From: an uncultured Candidatus Binatia bacterium
GTDB taxonomy: Bacteria; Desulfobacterota; Binatia; Bin18
DNA length: 64,000 nucleotides
Assembly: GCA_965214605.1 (NCBI GenBank)
Contig: OZ243961.1
Coordinates: 1,056,001-1,120,000 of the forward strand
Reading direction: 5' to 3'
Shown: one piece after another, positions 53,943 to 63,711 of the stretch
How the letters are laid out: every line of letters starts with the position of its first letter
How positions within the stretch are numbered: position 1 is the stretch's first letter
Translations under genes and position numbers: made by a program
The notes under the pieces: generated by a model
What the model saw: the letters and a program-made list of their open reading frames with translations, nothing else
What the model was told of the DNA's origin: nothing
Database searches by the model: none

Positions 53943-54311
53943 GTGTCTGACAGCACTCCTTCTTCCTCCGGCACTCCTCGTTCATCACTGCAAGAGGCAC
54001 ATTGTCCAACCTGCCGGGCAGCTTGGCGTGGGGCGGCTGTCTGCGCCCGATGTGGGACCGACCTAGACCCGCTCATGCGTCTGGCAACAAAAGCCTGGCA
54101 GCTACGTGAGCGGTCCCGTCAAGCCCTAGGTGCAGAGGACCGCGCTGCCGAAGCCCTGGCCTGGGCCGAGGTTGCCTGTCAGCTCCAGGCAACGACACGC
54201 GGCCTGCGCTTACTAGCCTTGGCCTTGCTTGCCAACGGTGCCGTGGCAGAGGCAGTGGCGATGATTGAGCAAATCTCCAAGGGGGAGGAGGCTCGCTGTA
54301 CCCGCGTATGA
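53943..54311 (+). CDS. Zn-ribbon (CxxC-x9-CxxC) plus TPR-like helical protein
   Basis: CPTCRAAWRGAAVCARCGTDL followed by Ala-rich helices; GGAG upstream. Confidence 0.72.
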   Translation: MSDSTPSSSGTPRSSLQEAHCPTCRAAWRGAAVCARCGTDLDPLMRLATKAWQLRERSRQALGAEDRAAEALAWAEVACQLQATTRGLRLLALALLANGAVAEAVAMIEQISKGEEARCTRV

Positions 54312-54965
54312 CACGTCGGCGACATGCCCACGCCTGTCTGCCGGAGACAGGATAAACATCCAGCGCGCTTGCCTGTCTTGGAATGATATCTGCGTTCGCG
54401 CCGCCGTATTTGCCAACGAGGGCCAGACGCAGAGCTTCTCTAACGCCCCCTTCCATGTCTGCAGCGTCCAGTGCCGCTCGGCGGGCCCACTACGGGACAC
54501 GTGTCACCAAGCTCGACAACAACCGCGGCGATACCGCCTGTGCCTCGTGCTGACGCAGACGTTTTACCACTCTGGCGAGTCCGATTTGGCAGTCCTTGAA
54601 CCTGCAGGAGCGCGGTCTGCAGAGTGGAGGGCTGGTATGCGCACGCGCCTTGACGTTGAAGTCATTGAGGTCGCGACGGCCCCAGATGCCCCAGGCCGCG
54701 AAGATCAAGCTGAGGGGCTCATTCGATAGCGGTCTCTGCCTAGTCGTGTGCCGAGAAGAGGGGTCGACATGCGTGACGAACACGGGAGCTCTGCAAACGT
54801 CCGGCGTTGAGACGCGTTTCGGACTCAGCCTCATGGTGGATTGGTCACAGCCGGCGTCCTAATGAGGCGACGGGCCGTATCAGTCGCGCGCTGGACGCAG
54901 ATTTCGAACCCGCTGTCCATCAAGACCGGGCTTAACTGCGTCTTGGACGAGATGGGCAAACAGCC

Positions 54966-56180
54966 CTAATCCTTGAACTCAGGTAAAATCTCGCTGCCGA
55001 AAAGTTCGAGCTGGCGCTTGGCCTCGTCCCAGGGCATCAGGCCCTGGTCGAAAAACCAGCCGAACCATTCTATACTGCTGTTCTTGTGCAAGGCTTCGAG
55101 TTCACGTTTGACATCGTCCACTGTGCCGACCAGGGCGTACTTGGACTCGACCATGCGCTCGAAGGTATTTGGAACCGGGGTGGTTTCACCTGGAAAGCGA
55201 TACGCCTCAAAAAAGCCAAATCCGGAGAAATACTCGATAAAGCCGGCGCCCTGACACGTTGCGCCTAAAGAGTAGGCCTGGGGGTAGGAATCGCCGAGGT
55301 GAACTGACCGAAAGGCGCCCACACTCTGGCCAAGCGTGAGGTGACGGCCAACCTTGGCTGCTTCGTCACGGTAGGCTTCGCACAGCTCACGGAACGACGG
55401 TGGATGGGCAGTCAGAATCCAGGGCACGATATTCTCGGCCGCACACCAACGGATCGTTTTTTCACTGACCGAGAACGGTTGCCAGATCGGCGGATGGGGC
55501 TGGGTATAGGGTTTGGGCACGACACAGATGCGCTGGACTACCCCGTTCTCGTCTACCTCGCCCTTGGCCCCGTATTTGGCGGTCCAATTTTTGGCTACCG
55601 GCCAGCGCTGAATCCCATGTTCGTAGGGAGTTGGAACCTCATAGTACTTTGTTTTGAAACGAATTGACTCTTGGGTCCAGGCCATCTTCATGATCTTGAA
55701 GACCTCTTCAAAAACCGCCCGGTTGTGGATGTCCACCTCTGAGCCGTCCATTGGTGCACCGGTCACATGATAATGCTGGCCAAGCACGTTCGTCCAGCGA
55801 TCTTGATAGCCCCGGGCAAATCCAGCCACAAAACGGCCCTTGGTCAGGTGATCCAGCACCGCGATCTCTTCCGCCACCCGAATCGGGTCCCAGGTCGGCA
55901 GGACCAGTCCCAGCGAGGCAAACTTAATCCGCTCGGTACGGGCGGCCAGATCGGTATACAGTAATAGCGGCGCAATGGAGGCTTCATAGCCTTCTGAGTG
56001 AAAATGATGCTCGGTGGTCGACAACGCATCAAAGCCCAGGTCTTCAGCCATGTGGGCGATATCCCGCACCTCTTTTAGGAGGTCCTGATACTTCTCATTA
56101 TCCCGGCCGATCGGCCGCAGCTTTTCACGCTCTTCAAATGTGGCTGGGATAGTCGGCAGCAAGAATAGATTAAATTTCAT
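54966..56180 (-). CDS. LLM-class flavin-dependent oxidoreductase
   Basis: TEHHFH, PIRVAEEIAVLDHLTKGR, GFARGYQ, PKPYTQPHPP. Confidence 0.9.
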   Translation of the reverse strand: MKFNLFLLPTIPATFEEREKLRPIGRDNEKYQDLLKEVRDIAHMAEDLGFDALSTTEHHFHSEGYEASIAPLLLYTDLAARTERIKFASLGLVLPTWDPIRVAEEIAVLDHLTKGRFVAGFARGYQDRWTNVLGQHYHVTGAPMDGSEVDIHNRAVFEEVFKIMKMAWTQESIRFKTKYYEVPTPYEHGIQRWPVAKNWTAKYGAKGEVDENGVVQRICVVPKPYTQPHPPIWQPFSVSEKTIRWCAAENIVPWILTAHPPSFRELCEAYRDEAAKVGRHLTLGQSVGAFRSVHLGDSYPQAYSLGATCQGAGFIEYFSGFGFFEAYRFPGETTPVPNTFERMVESKYALVGTVDDVKRELEALHKNSSIEWFGWFFDQGLMPWDEAKRQLELFGSEILPEFKD

Positions 56181-56352
56181 ACGCGATCCTCCTGTGAGCC
56201 AAATGGTTAGGCCACCCTCTTTGGCTAGCATATGCACGCCGTTCCGTCATTAGGGGCGGTAGCGTCCAATCCGTCGCGCCCCTCTCCCGCATTGTTCTTC
56301 CCGTCCGGACAGGCTATAAGTCGGGGGGCGCGTCACAAACGGAGGGAATATA

Positions 56353-57506
56353 ATGGCGGATCAGCTACAACATGATTTGCTGCCACGGGCGAGCCACGAT
56401 GAGCTCGCACGACAAAACTTTGTGCAAAGTCTGAAATTACACCTGGCAACAAAAATCGCCCCGGGCAATGAGCTTGTTTATGAAAAGCGGGCCAAACCCC
56501 GCTTTCAACAACAGACAGGACGTCCGCCCAAAGACCGCCACGAAGTTCGCCGGAGCATGCGAGACGAGCCGTATTATCAGGCCTGGGGCTCACTGCAACG
56601 GACCAGTCAGGAGATGATGTGGGAGGCGGTCGACTCAAGCGTTGCGCGCCAGCTGCCTGAGCTTGTTGTGCGTGCCAGTCACAACGCCAAGCCCCTGGGC
56701 TCCTTACGTCTCGATCCGGATCTTGCCATCCCAACCTATCACACGGCAGTCGATATTCACTGCCAACCCGGCGGCTATCATACTGAGTGCGGTCCGCAGG
56801 ATGATGTGGCGGCTGGAGCGCTCTACGATCGCGCCGTCCATATCTACGCCATGAGCCGTCTGGGGACATTGAATGACGAGATGGGACAGTCGGTCGTGGT
56901 GTATTTGCAGCACCGCTATCCGGATTGCCGACCCACCCGAATCCTTGACATGGGCTGCACGGTTGGCCACAGCACGCTCCCCTATGTCGATGCCTATCCA
57001 GCGGCCCAGGTTTTTGCCATTGACGTGGGCGCGCCGGTGCTCCGCTACGCTCATGCCCGGGCTGAAGCGCTGGGCAAATGTGTTCATTTTTCGCAGCAAA
57101 ACGCTGAACGGACCACGTTTGCCGAAGCATCGTTTGACCTCATTGTGTCGCATATTTTGCTACACGAAACGTCGAGCAAGGCGCTCCGTAACATCGTTCG
57201 AGAAAGCTATAGGCTGCTCACTCCGGGCGGTCTGATGATCCACCAGGAGGTCTCCCAGTATCACGGCTTAGACCCCTACCAAGCCTTCATCCTTGATTGG
57301 GACACGTACAACAATAACGACCGTTCTGGGGGACTCTGCGTGACACAGATCTGACCGCGATTGCTGTTGAAGCCGGCTTTGCCAAAGAGCAGGTCGTTGA
57401 GACGATGATTCCGAGCGCCTTCCAGGTCAAAGGGCGCGCCCGACGTCTCCAGGCCGGCGACTTTGGCGGCAGCGGACAATGGTTCATCTTTGCTGCTACC
57501 AAATAG
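56353..57506 (+). pseudogene. Class I SAM-dependent methyltransferase with a 1-nt frameshift at ~57320 (or an assembly error)
   Basis: HCQPGGY, ILDMGCTVGHST, AIDV, ILLHE; one added base converts YNNNDRS* path to YNNNEPFWGTLRDTDL...WFIFAATK* ending 57506. Confidence 0.8.
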
Positions 57507-57530
57507 TACCAGGCTGCGGGGAAAAGAACG

Positions 57531-57863
57531 ATGACACGGACAGCCAAGGGCCAGCGTCCAGCCTTTTTTGACGACCCGCAGATTGACAAGCTGTTAGCGA
57601 TAATCATGGCTCTGGCCGGAGAAGTGAGCGTACTGCGGGAGCGGCTCGATACGGTCGAAAGACTGCTCGAGGCCGAAGGCCTCGTATCTCGTCGCAATAT
57701 TGAAACCTACCGAGCGGACGCCGCCGCGGCTGTGGAACGAGAACGCTGGCGGGGAGAATATCTGGAGCGGATTCTGCGGGTTCTCCACCAAGAGCGGGAG
57801 ACGATAGCAGACAGCAAAACGCTCCCATCCCACGAACGGGCGGTTCGCACCGGAACTTTGTAA
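57531..57863 (+). CDS. Conserved-looking small coiled-coil hypothetical protein, methyltransferase partner
   Basis: AKGQRPAFFDDPQIDKLLAIIMALAGEVSVLRERLDTVERLL; 24 nt after the repaired methyltransferase stop. Confidence 0.8.
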   Translation: MTRTAKGQRPAFFDDPQIDKLLAIIMALAGEVSVLRERLDTVERLLEAEGLVSRRNIETYRADAAAAVERERWRGEYLERILRVLHQERETIADSKTLPSHERAVRTGTL

Positions 57864-58209
57864 GAGCCAAGAGCGCAGTTTTGGCCTTTAACTTTCAGGA
57901 TTTTCCCAATGTCTTTGATTCTCGGTGTTGACCTTGTCGGCACGTCGGCACATACACAAAGGCCATTTTTCGGCATCTCGCCCATCCTGACAGAAGGATG
58001 TCATCGACCGACATCAGCATCCAGAATCGAGGTAATGCGCTATTTTTCCTTGATTTTCGAATAGCGACGAGGCGTGCATTGTCGTCTCCGATGCGCTTCA
58101 ACGCGCCTGAGTTTCAGTCCGGTCGCTTGCGGTATGCTACGGTTCCATCCCCACCTGAAACAGGAACATTTACAGTTGACCAGGCACGGCGTCAGGCGGC
58201 GCTCGCCAT

Positions 58210-58478
58210 CGCCCGCATCAAGTACGTCGCGGAGCACCTGCCCAACGTCGGGGTAACCTTCGACAAGTTTCCTGTCGTCGCCCACGCATCGGGGCGCTCG
58301 ACAAAACACAGCGCATCGGGCAGCGCCTCAACCCGAACTCAAGGACATGCGGTGGACCCTGCTGGGGATCCCGGAAGCCTCGGTTCCGAACACAGTATTG
58401 CCTTCTGCAACCTTATCGACTATAGTAGCCGGCGACCCAGCGAACCTACGTTACCAACCCGCCATTCTTCGGGCAGCC
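58210..58478 (+). mobile_element. ISL3-family transposase remnant
   Basis: IKYVAEHLPNVGVTFDKFPVVAHAS then, in another frame, QPELKDMRWTLL; resembles ISL3 'FDKFHV' region; heavily deleted. Confidence 0.65.
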
Positions 58479-58525
58479 AAGTTTCTGTGGCGGCAAGAAT
58501 ATCGTCGAGCGAGGGCGGCACACCC

Positions 58526-59074
58526 ATGCGAATACGCCACTACTCCATAACGAAACGCCTCGTCTTCGTTGGGCCGTTTCTGTATGTGCTCGTGCTGGCG
58601 ACGGCATCCCTCACGGGGCGGGGAGAAATCTACCCCTTCTTTGCCTGGGACTTGTTCGCGGGGGTGCCGGCGGGGTGGGTCATCCAGACGCCCGCCGTGG
58701 TGGCGCATCCGATGGACGACTCCCGAAATTTAGGGGGGGGGGGGGGACGCTGGGTCATTCCGTCCCCCGACCCCCGGCATTTGAAGGTGCTGCGCGAGGT
58801 CCTGCACGCGTGTGAGCGCCGCGCGGCCCCCGCGTGCCGGTCCGCCGTGGCCCGCCTGCTGCTCCCCCTCGTCGTTGACGGCGTGGGGAGCGGCGCCGTG
58901 GAGTTCAGTCTCGTCTGGGCGGCCGTCGATCTGCGCGCCCTCCGGGAGGACATCTGGGCGCTCGCCGCCGGCCGCACGCAGCGCATGGACTATGCCCGGG
59001 TCGCTACGGTGCTCTCGCGGTGGCGCGCGGCCGCGGCCGGCGGCCTGCACCGGGTTGATGGGGGCACCCCGTGA
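58526..59074 (+). CDS. Membrane-anchored hypothetical protein with internal G14 tract
   Basis: ATG 58526, N-terminal TM, GEIYPFFAWDLF; stop overlaps next start (GTGA); G14 at 58733-58746. Confidence 0.65.
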   Translation: MRIRHYSITKRLVFVGPFLYVLVLATASLTGRGEIYPFFAWDLFAGVPAGWVIQTPAVVAHPMDDSRNLGGGGGRWVIPSPDPRHLKVLREVLHACERRAAPACRSAVARLLLPLVVDGVGSGAVEFSLVWAAVDLRALREDIWALAAGRTQRMDYARVATVLSRWRAAAAGGLHRVDGGTP

Positions 59075-60423
59075 ACGCTGCGCGGCTGCAGGGCCGGCTC
59101 CGCAAGACCCTCCTCCACGTGGAGACGGGGGAGCGGCGGCGCGCGGCCGACTTCTCGCGGGCCGCGCGCCACATCGCCGTGCTGGTCCGGTTCTATTACA
59201 TCTTCGTCGCGTACCTCCTCTTCGGCCGGTTCAAGGTTGCGAATTTGCTCCACGGCATTCCCCCGCCCGCGCCGTTGTGGCCCCTGGACCTGATGGCGAC
59301 AGTCGCGGGCTCCGCGTGGCTCGCGTGGGGCGAGCTCCTCACGGCGGCGGGCGTGGGGGTGGCGCTGCTGGCGGCGCTGTGTCCGGGCGTGCTGCTCTTC
59401 CGGCTTGGGGTCTTCGTCTATCTCTTCATCGGCATCGCGCTGGCCAACTCCTATGGCGCCATCAGCCATGGGCGCCATCTCTTCCTCTATGTCTCCTTCG
59501 GGTTGTTGTGGCTGCCGGCGGCCATCGGCCGCCCGGAGCGCATGGCGCGCCGGGAGGCGATGGCGTGCAACGCGGCCTTCTGGCTGACACAGGCACTGCT
59601 GCTGCTGCCCTACAGCCTCAGCGGCTTCTGGACACTCTGGCGCAGCAACCTCCAGTTGGTGTCCCTCGACTCCTTCGTCCGGCTGGTCCTCGCCGGCCTG
59701 CTCGAACAGGCCGGCGGGCCCCTCCCGCCGCTGGTCCCGTGGCTCGCCCAGTACCCCTCGGTCGGCCAGGGCTTGTATCTGGCGTTTTGCTATGTGGAAG
59801 GGCTGCTGCTCGTCAGTCTGTTCCGCCCCCACTTGCAGCGAGGGTTCGGCCTGGTCGTCATCGGGTTCCATCTCGGGACGCGGTGGCTGCTCGGCTTTGC
59901 CGCCGCTCCCTACCTCGTGCTCTGGTTCCTCTTCCTGGTGGCTTCGCCGTTCGCCGCGGCCCGGTTCTCCCCGGTCGCCACGGCGCGCTCGCTGCCGCTC
60001 CTCGGCCTCCCCTTCCGCGCGTGGGCGCGCTGGAGGCGCCCGGAGAAAGGGGCGGAGAAGGCGTGGCTGGTGTATGATGGCGAGTGCCCGTTCTGTTCGC
60101 GTTACTCACGCATGGTCGATGTGAGAGATGCCATCGGCGAACTCATACTCGTGAACGCCCGCGATGGGGGGCCGATCGTGGACGAGATCAAGGCCCTGCC
60201 TTGGGATCTCAACAGGGGCATGGTACTGAAACTGAACGGACGATACCGGTTTGGCGACGAGGCCCTGCACACCTTGGCGCTCCTGTCGCGGAAGAATGGC
60301 GCATTCGGCATCCTGAACCGTCTCGTGCTCGGTTCGCGCGCGGTCGCATGGTTCGCATACCCGCTGTTGAAGCTCTGCAGGAGGCTGGCGCTGATGGCGA
60401 AAAGGGTTCCGGTCCTGAAGTAG
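59071..60423 (+). CDS. Polytopic (HTTM-like) membrane protein fused to DCC1/DUF393 thiol-disulfide oxidoreductase domain
   Basis: Multiple TMs with NSYGAISHGRH, Y.LSG, VE, GFHLG; C-terminal LVYDGECPFC...GDEA...Y. Confidence 0.8.
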   Translation: MNAARLQGRLRKTLLHVETGERRRAADFSRAARHIAVLVRFYYIFVAYLLFGRFKVANLLHGIPPPAPLWPLDLMATVAGSAWLAWGELLTAAGVGVALLAALCPGVLLFRLGVFVYLFIGIALANSYGAISHGRHLFLYVSFGLLWLPAAIGRPERMARREAMACNAAFWLTQALLLLPYSLSGFWTLWRSNLQLVSLDSFVRLVLAGLLEQAGGPLPPLVPWLAQYPSVGQGLYLAFCYVEGLLLVSLFRPHLQRGFGLVVIGFHLGTRWLLGFAAAPYLVLWFLFLVASPFAAARFSPVATARSLPLLGLPFRAWARWRRPEKGAEKAWLVYDGECPFCSRYSRMVDVRDAIGELILVNARDGGPIVDEIKALPWDLNRGMVLKLNGRYRFGDEALHTLALLSRKNGAFGILNRLVLGSRAVAWFAYPLLKLCRRLALMAKRVPVLK

Positions 60424-61117
60424 GAAACTCTTCGTAACGTTCACCTTCGCGACGGGGATCACCGACGCTACTGCTTGATGACGAAACCTTCATCAAGCGG
60501 GGAGATGCAGCGAATGCTGGCGGAGGGCATTGCGTCCGAGGACCGGCGGATTGTCGATCTGACGGTGCTGGATCTAAACGTTCAGTCGCCGCAGCACGGT
60601 CCCGACCTTCGGTGGGTGCAGGCTCACCCGTGGAGCTCAACCCGCCCCATCGCCGAGGTCCGTGCCCTACAGCGAGTATTGATTTCATGTCACGCCCAGG
60701 TCCGATTTCGCCCGGAGGACGTTTGGGAATAACCTCGGGGCGGAATGAATGGTTGGTGAAAGCCATGGAGAATTATATTGAGATTGCGCCTTAGGTTCAC
60801 GGTCGGTCCCCGTTGATGGCCGTGGGCCGTCACAAGCGGGAAGAGGCGCAGGAATGGTTGGCGGCGTGTTTCCGGTGTCCGGCGTATTCGCTAGGCTGGC
60901 GTCGGTCGGGGCGGGTCTGCAACCGTTCCGGATGATCGATGGGAGGGGGCAAAAGGACCTGACGCCGCCCTCAACCGGCGTCAAGCCGGTGAAAGAATCG
61001 TCATCGAGAACCGCCGTGCGCTCGACGACAACGCATGGCGGCGAGCGTTACCAGCCTCTTGCGGGACCTCAATTCGATTGTGTATGATGACACCGACACG
61101 GTCACCCGTACGGCCCG

Positions 61118-61189
61118 ACCGAACAGTCACCAGAATCGTAACTGTTCGGTGACCTGTATGTGGAGAACGCAGACATGCACAGTTACGAT
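61118..61189. promoter_or_regulatory. Repeated ACAGTYAC motif cluster upstream of hydantoinase A
   Basis: 61118-61130 vs 61138-61150 inverted (12/13); 61135-61145 vs 61179-61189 perfect 11-bp inverted repeat; followed by AT-rich stretch. Confidence 0.45.
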
Positions 61190-61287
61190 GTTGATCGAAT
61201 CCGCTTGCGGAATGCTTACGCTAACGGAAGTTTGCAAATGTTACTAGAATTTTTGTTCTTTTAAAAGAATAATGAAAACAATCTGTT

Positions 61288-63348
61288 ATGAGCTTCACAG
61301 GATCCGATTACCGCATCGGAGTTGACGTAGGCGGCACCTTTACAGACCTGCTACTTTTTGACCAACAAACCGGCCACCAGGTCAGGGCCAAGACCCCCTC
61401 GACTCCAGACGATCCGTCGGTCGGCGTGCTGGCAGGGATTGATAAGATCTGTCGGGCGGCCCAGATCCCTGCGGCCCAGATCACCCACATTATGCATGGC
61501 ACGACCGTAGCAACCAACGCAGTCCTGGAAGGCAAGGGTGCCCGGGTCGGCCTGATTACAACCGAGGGGTTCAAGCAGATCCTGCACCTGGCCCGCTCGT
61601 GGACGCCGGGTCCGCTGGCAGGCTGGATTACTATGGAGAAGCCCGATCCGCCTGCCGCAATTGAGTACACCCGAGAGGCTAAGGAGCGGATCGACACCCA
61701 CGGCAATATTGTCACCCCGCTCGACGAGGATGCGCTGCGAGACGCGCTAGACGACTTGGTCGGTCAAGCTATTGAAGCCCTCACCATCTCCCTGATTAAC
61801 TCGTATACCAATCAGATTCACGAAAAGCGGATTAAAGCCATTGCCCAGGAACTCTATCCCGATCTGCCGGTCACTGCTTCCTCTGAGGTTCTACCCGAGT
61901 TCCGTGAGTATGAGCGCACCCTGACCGCGGTGATGAACTCCTATGTCCGCCCTACCGTTTCGGTCTATTTACGGAATTTCGCCGATCAGTTGATTGATCA
62001 CGGGCTACGCGCAGAGGTGAATATCCTGCGCTCCGACGCGGGTCTGATGACCTTACGCATGGCCCAAGAACGGCCGGTGTACGCCGTCATGTCGGGTCCG
62101 GCCGGTGGGGTTGCAGGAGCGCTGTTTACCGCCACCACAGCCGGCTTTGGTAATATTCTCACCCTGGATATGGGCGGGACCTCAACCGACGTCGCGCTGT
62201 GTCAGAACGGCACGCAGACTATCGCCCGCGAGACAACACTGGGCTATTTTCCAATCAAAGTTCCCTCGGTTGATGTACGCAGCATTGGGGCTGGGGGTGG
62301 CTCGATTGCCCATGTGCCGGAGATTACGAATGCTCTGCGGGTTGGTCCGCAGAGCGCAGGGGCAGAGCCGGGGCCGGCGTGTTACGGTCGGGGCGGAACC
62401 CAACCAACGGTGACAGACGCTAATCTTGTGCTCGGCCATCTGCCCCCTCGACTGCTAGGCGGTGAGATGCGTCTGGACGAAGAGGCCGCGCACGCTGCGG
62501 TTGAGAGCGTAGGCCGCAAACTTGGTTTAGACGTCTATCGGGCCGCGCAGGGCATTGTGGATATTGTCAATGAGAACATACATGGCGCGTTACGCCTGGT
62601 CTCAGTGCAACGCGGCTATGACCCGCGCAATTTTGCACTCGTGGCTTTTGGTGGTGCAGGTCCCCTCCACGCCAACGCGGTGGCCAGCCTAATTGGCTCA
62701 TTCCCTCTCATCATCCCCCCCGCACCCGGGATACTATGTGCCACCGGCGATGTGTGTTCCGACTACCGTGAAGAGTTCGCTCGGACCGTACTGCGGACCC
62801 TGGACCAGCTGCCGGCGGCTGAGGTTAAACAGTTGCTCCAGGAACTCGGCAGCGAGGCCGCCGGCTGGCTTGAGCGCGAGGGCATTCCCCGCTCCCAGCA
62901 GGACATATTCTATAACGCCGACATGCGCTATTTCCGCCAAGGCTACGAGCTGCCGATCGTCATTACGCTCGAAGACTTACAGGCACAGGGGATCGGCATC
63001 CTAGCCGACCGCTTCCACGCTTTGCACGAACAGTTGTACCGCTTTCGGCTCGACGCGGAGTGCGAAATCGTCAACCTGCGGGCCGTGGCTCTGGGTAAAG
63101 GGGCGCGCTTCAGCCTGAACGCAGCGGACCTCGACGGCCCGGACGCGGCCCATGCCCAAACCGACGAGCACCGGACTTATTTTGACGGCAATTTTCTGCC
63201 CACACCAATCTATGATCGGTTCAAGCTCAGACCCGGTAACCGGCTCACCGGCCCAGCCATCGTTACTGAAATGGACTCGACCACCGTCGTCCTGCCGCAC
63301 TGTACGGCTGAGGTCGATCGCTACGCCAATATTTTGGTTCGACCGTAG
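61288..63348 (+). CDS. Hydantoinase/oxoprolinase subunit A (HyuA/OplA-like)
   Basis: GVDVGGTFTD, HGTTVATNA, EFREYER, SGPAGG, DMGGTSTD, IGAGGGS, FGGAGPLHA. Confidence 0.93.
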   Translation: MSFTGSDYRIGVDVGGTFTDLLLFDQQTGHQVRAKTPSTPDDPSVGVLAGIDKICRAAQIPAAQITHIMHGTTVATNAVLEGKGARVGLITTEGFKQILHLARSWTPGPLAGWITMEKPDPPAAIEYTREAKERIDTHGNIVTPLDEDALRDALDDLVGQAIEALTISLINSYTNQIHEKRIKAIAQELYPDLPVTASSEVLPEFREYERTLTAVMNSYVRPTVSVYLRNFADQLIDHGLRAEVNILRSDAGLMTLRMAQERPVYAVMSGPAGGVAGALFTATTAGFGNILTLDMGGTSTDVALCQNGTQTIARETTLGYFPIKVPSVDVRSIGAGGGSIAHVPEITNALRVGPQSAGAEPGPACYGRGGTQPTVTDANLVLGHLPPRLLGGEMRLDEEAAHAAVESVGRKLGLDVYRAAQGIVDIVNENIHGALRLVSVQRGYDPRNFALVAFGGAGPLHANAVASLIGSFPLIIPPAPGILCATGDVCSDYREEFARTVLRTLDQLPAAEVKQLLQELGSEAAGWLEREGIPRSQQDIFYNADMRYFRQGYELPIVITLEDLQAQGIGILADRFHALHEQLYRFRLDAECEIVNLRAVALGKGARFSLNAADLDGPDAAHAQTDEHRTYFDGNFLPTPIYDRFKLRPGNRLTGPAIVTEMDSTTVVLPHCTAEVDRYANILVRP

Positions 63349-63377
63349 ACGTGGCGGGAGGAAAGCAAGCTAGAGCA

Positions 63378-63600
63378 TGGATGAACAGTCCCTCGACCTT
63401 GCTCAACGAGCAGTCATCGCCTTGGCAACGGTGCCAAAGCCTGAAAAGCCTGAGATGTCTCCCGGTGACTGAGTAGCCCTGAGAGTCGGCATGTCCCACG
63501 GTTTGCTCATTGTCTGGGGCTTCTGTAAGGTGCATACTAGAGAGTGGAGAATGACTAGACGTTCGCGCAACGCAAGAAAGAAAAGTAGGCACTCTATCCA
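63378..63600 (+). pseudogene. Possible decayed BrnT-like toxin
   Basis: RVGMSHGLLIV...VHT.E...RAT.ERK fragments with stops; weak similarity only. Confidence 0.25.
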
Positions 63601-63711
63601 CCCGGTATGACCTGCACGTGGTCGAGTTGACAGACAGCGAGTTCCAGAACCTTGACGACAACCTAGTGCAGCCCCTGCTCCTCTTCGGCATCAATTGCAC
63701 CTGACACATCT

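Noticed and set aside
54892-54920. tRNA/tmRNA T-arm-like hairpin on the minus strand (GCGGG-TTCGAAA-TCTGC)
   Set aside because: No acceptor stem, D arm, anticodon arm or CCA can be built; probably a chance or terminator-like hairpin.
57998-59074. 358-aa ORF as a single protein
   Set aside because: The N-terminal half is read-through across an ISL3 remnant; the plausible gene starts at ATG 58526.
60424-61080. Possible ribbon-helix-helix/TA remnant (RNEWLVKAMENYIE) and an 8-bp hairpin near 60960-60983
   Set aside because: Similarity too short to assign; no coherent ORF.
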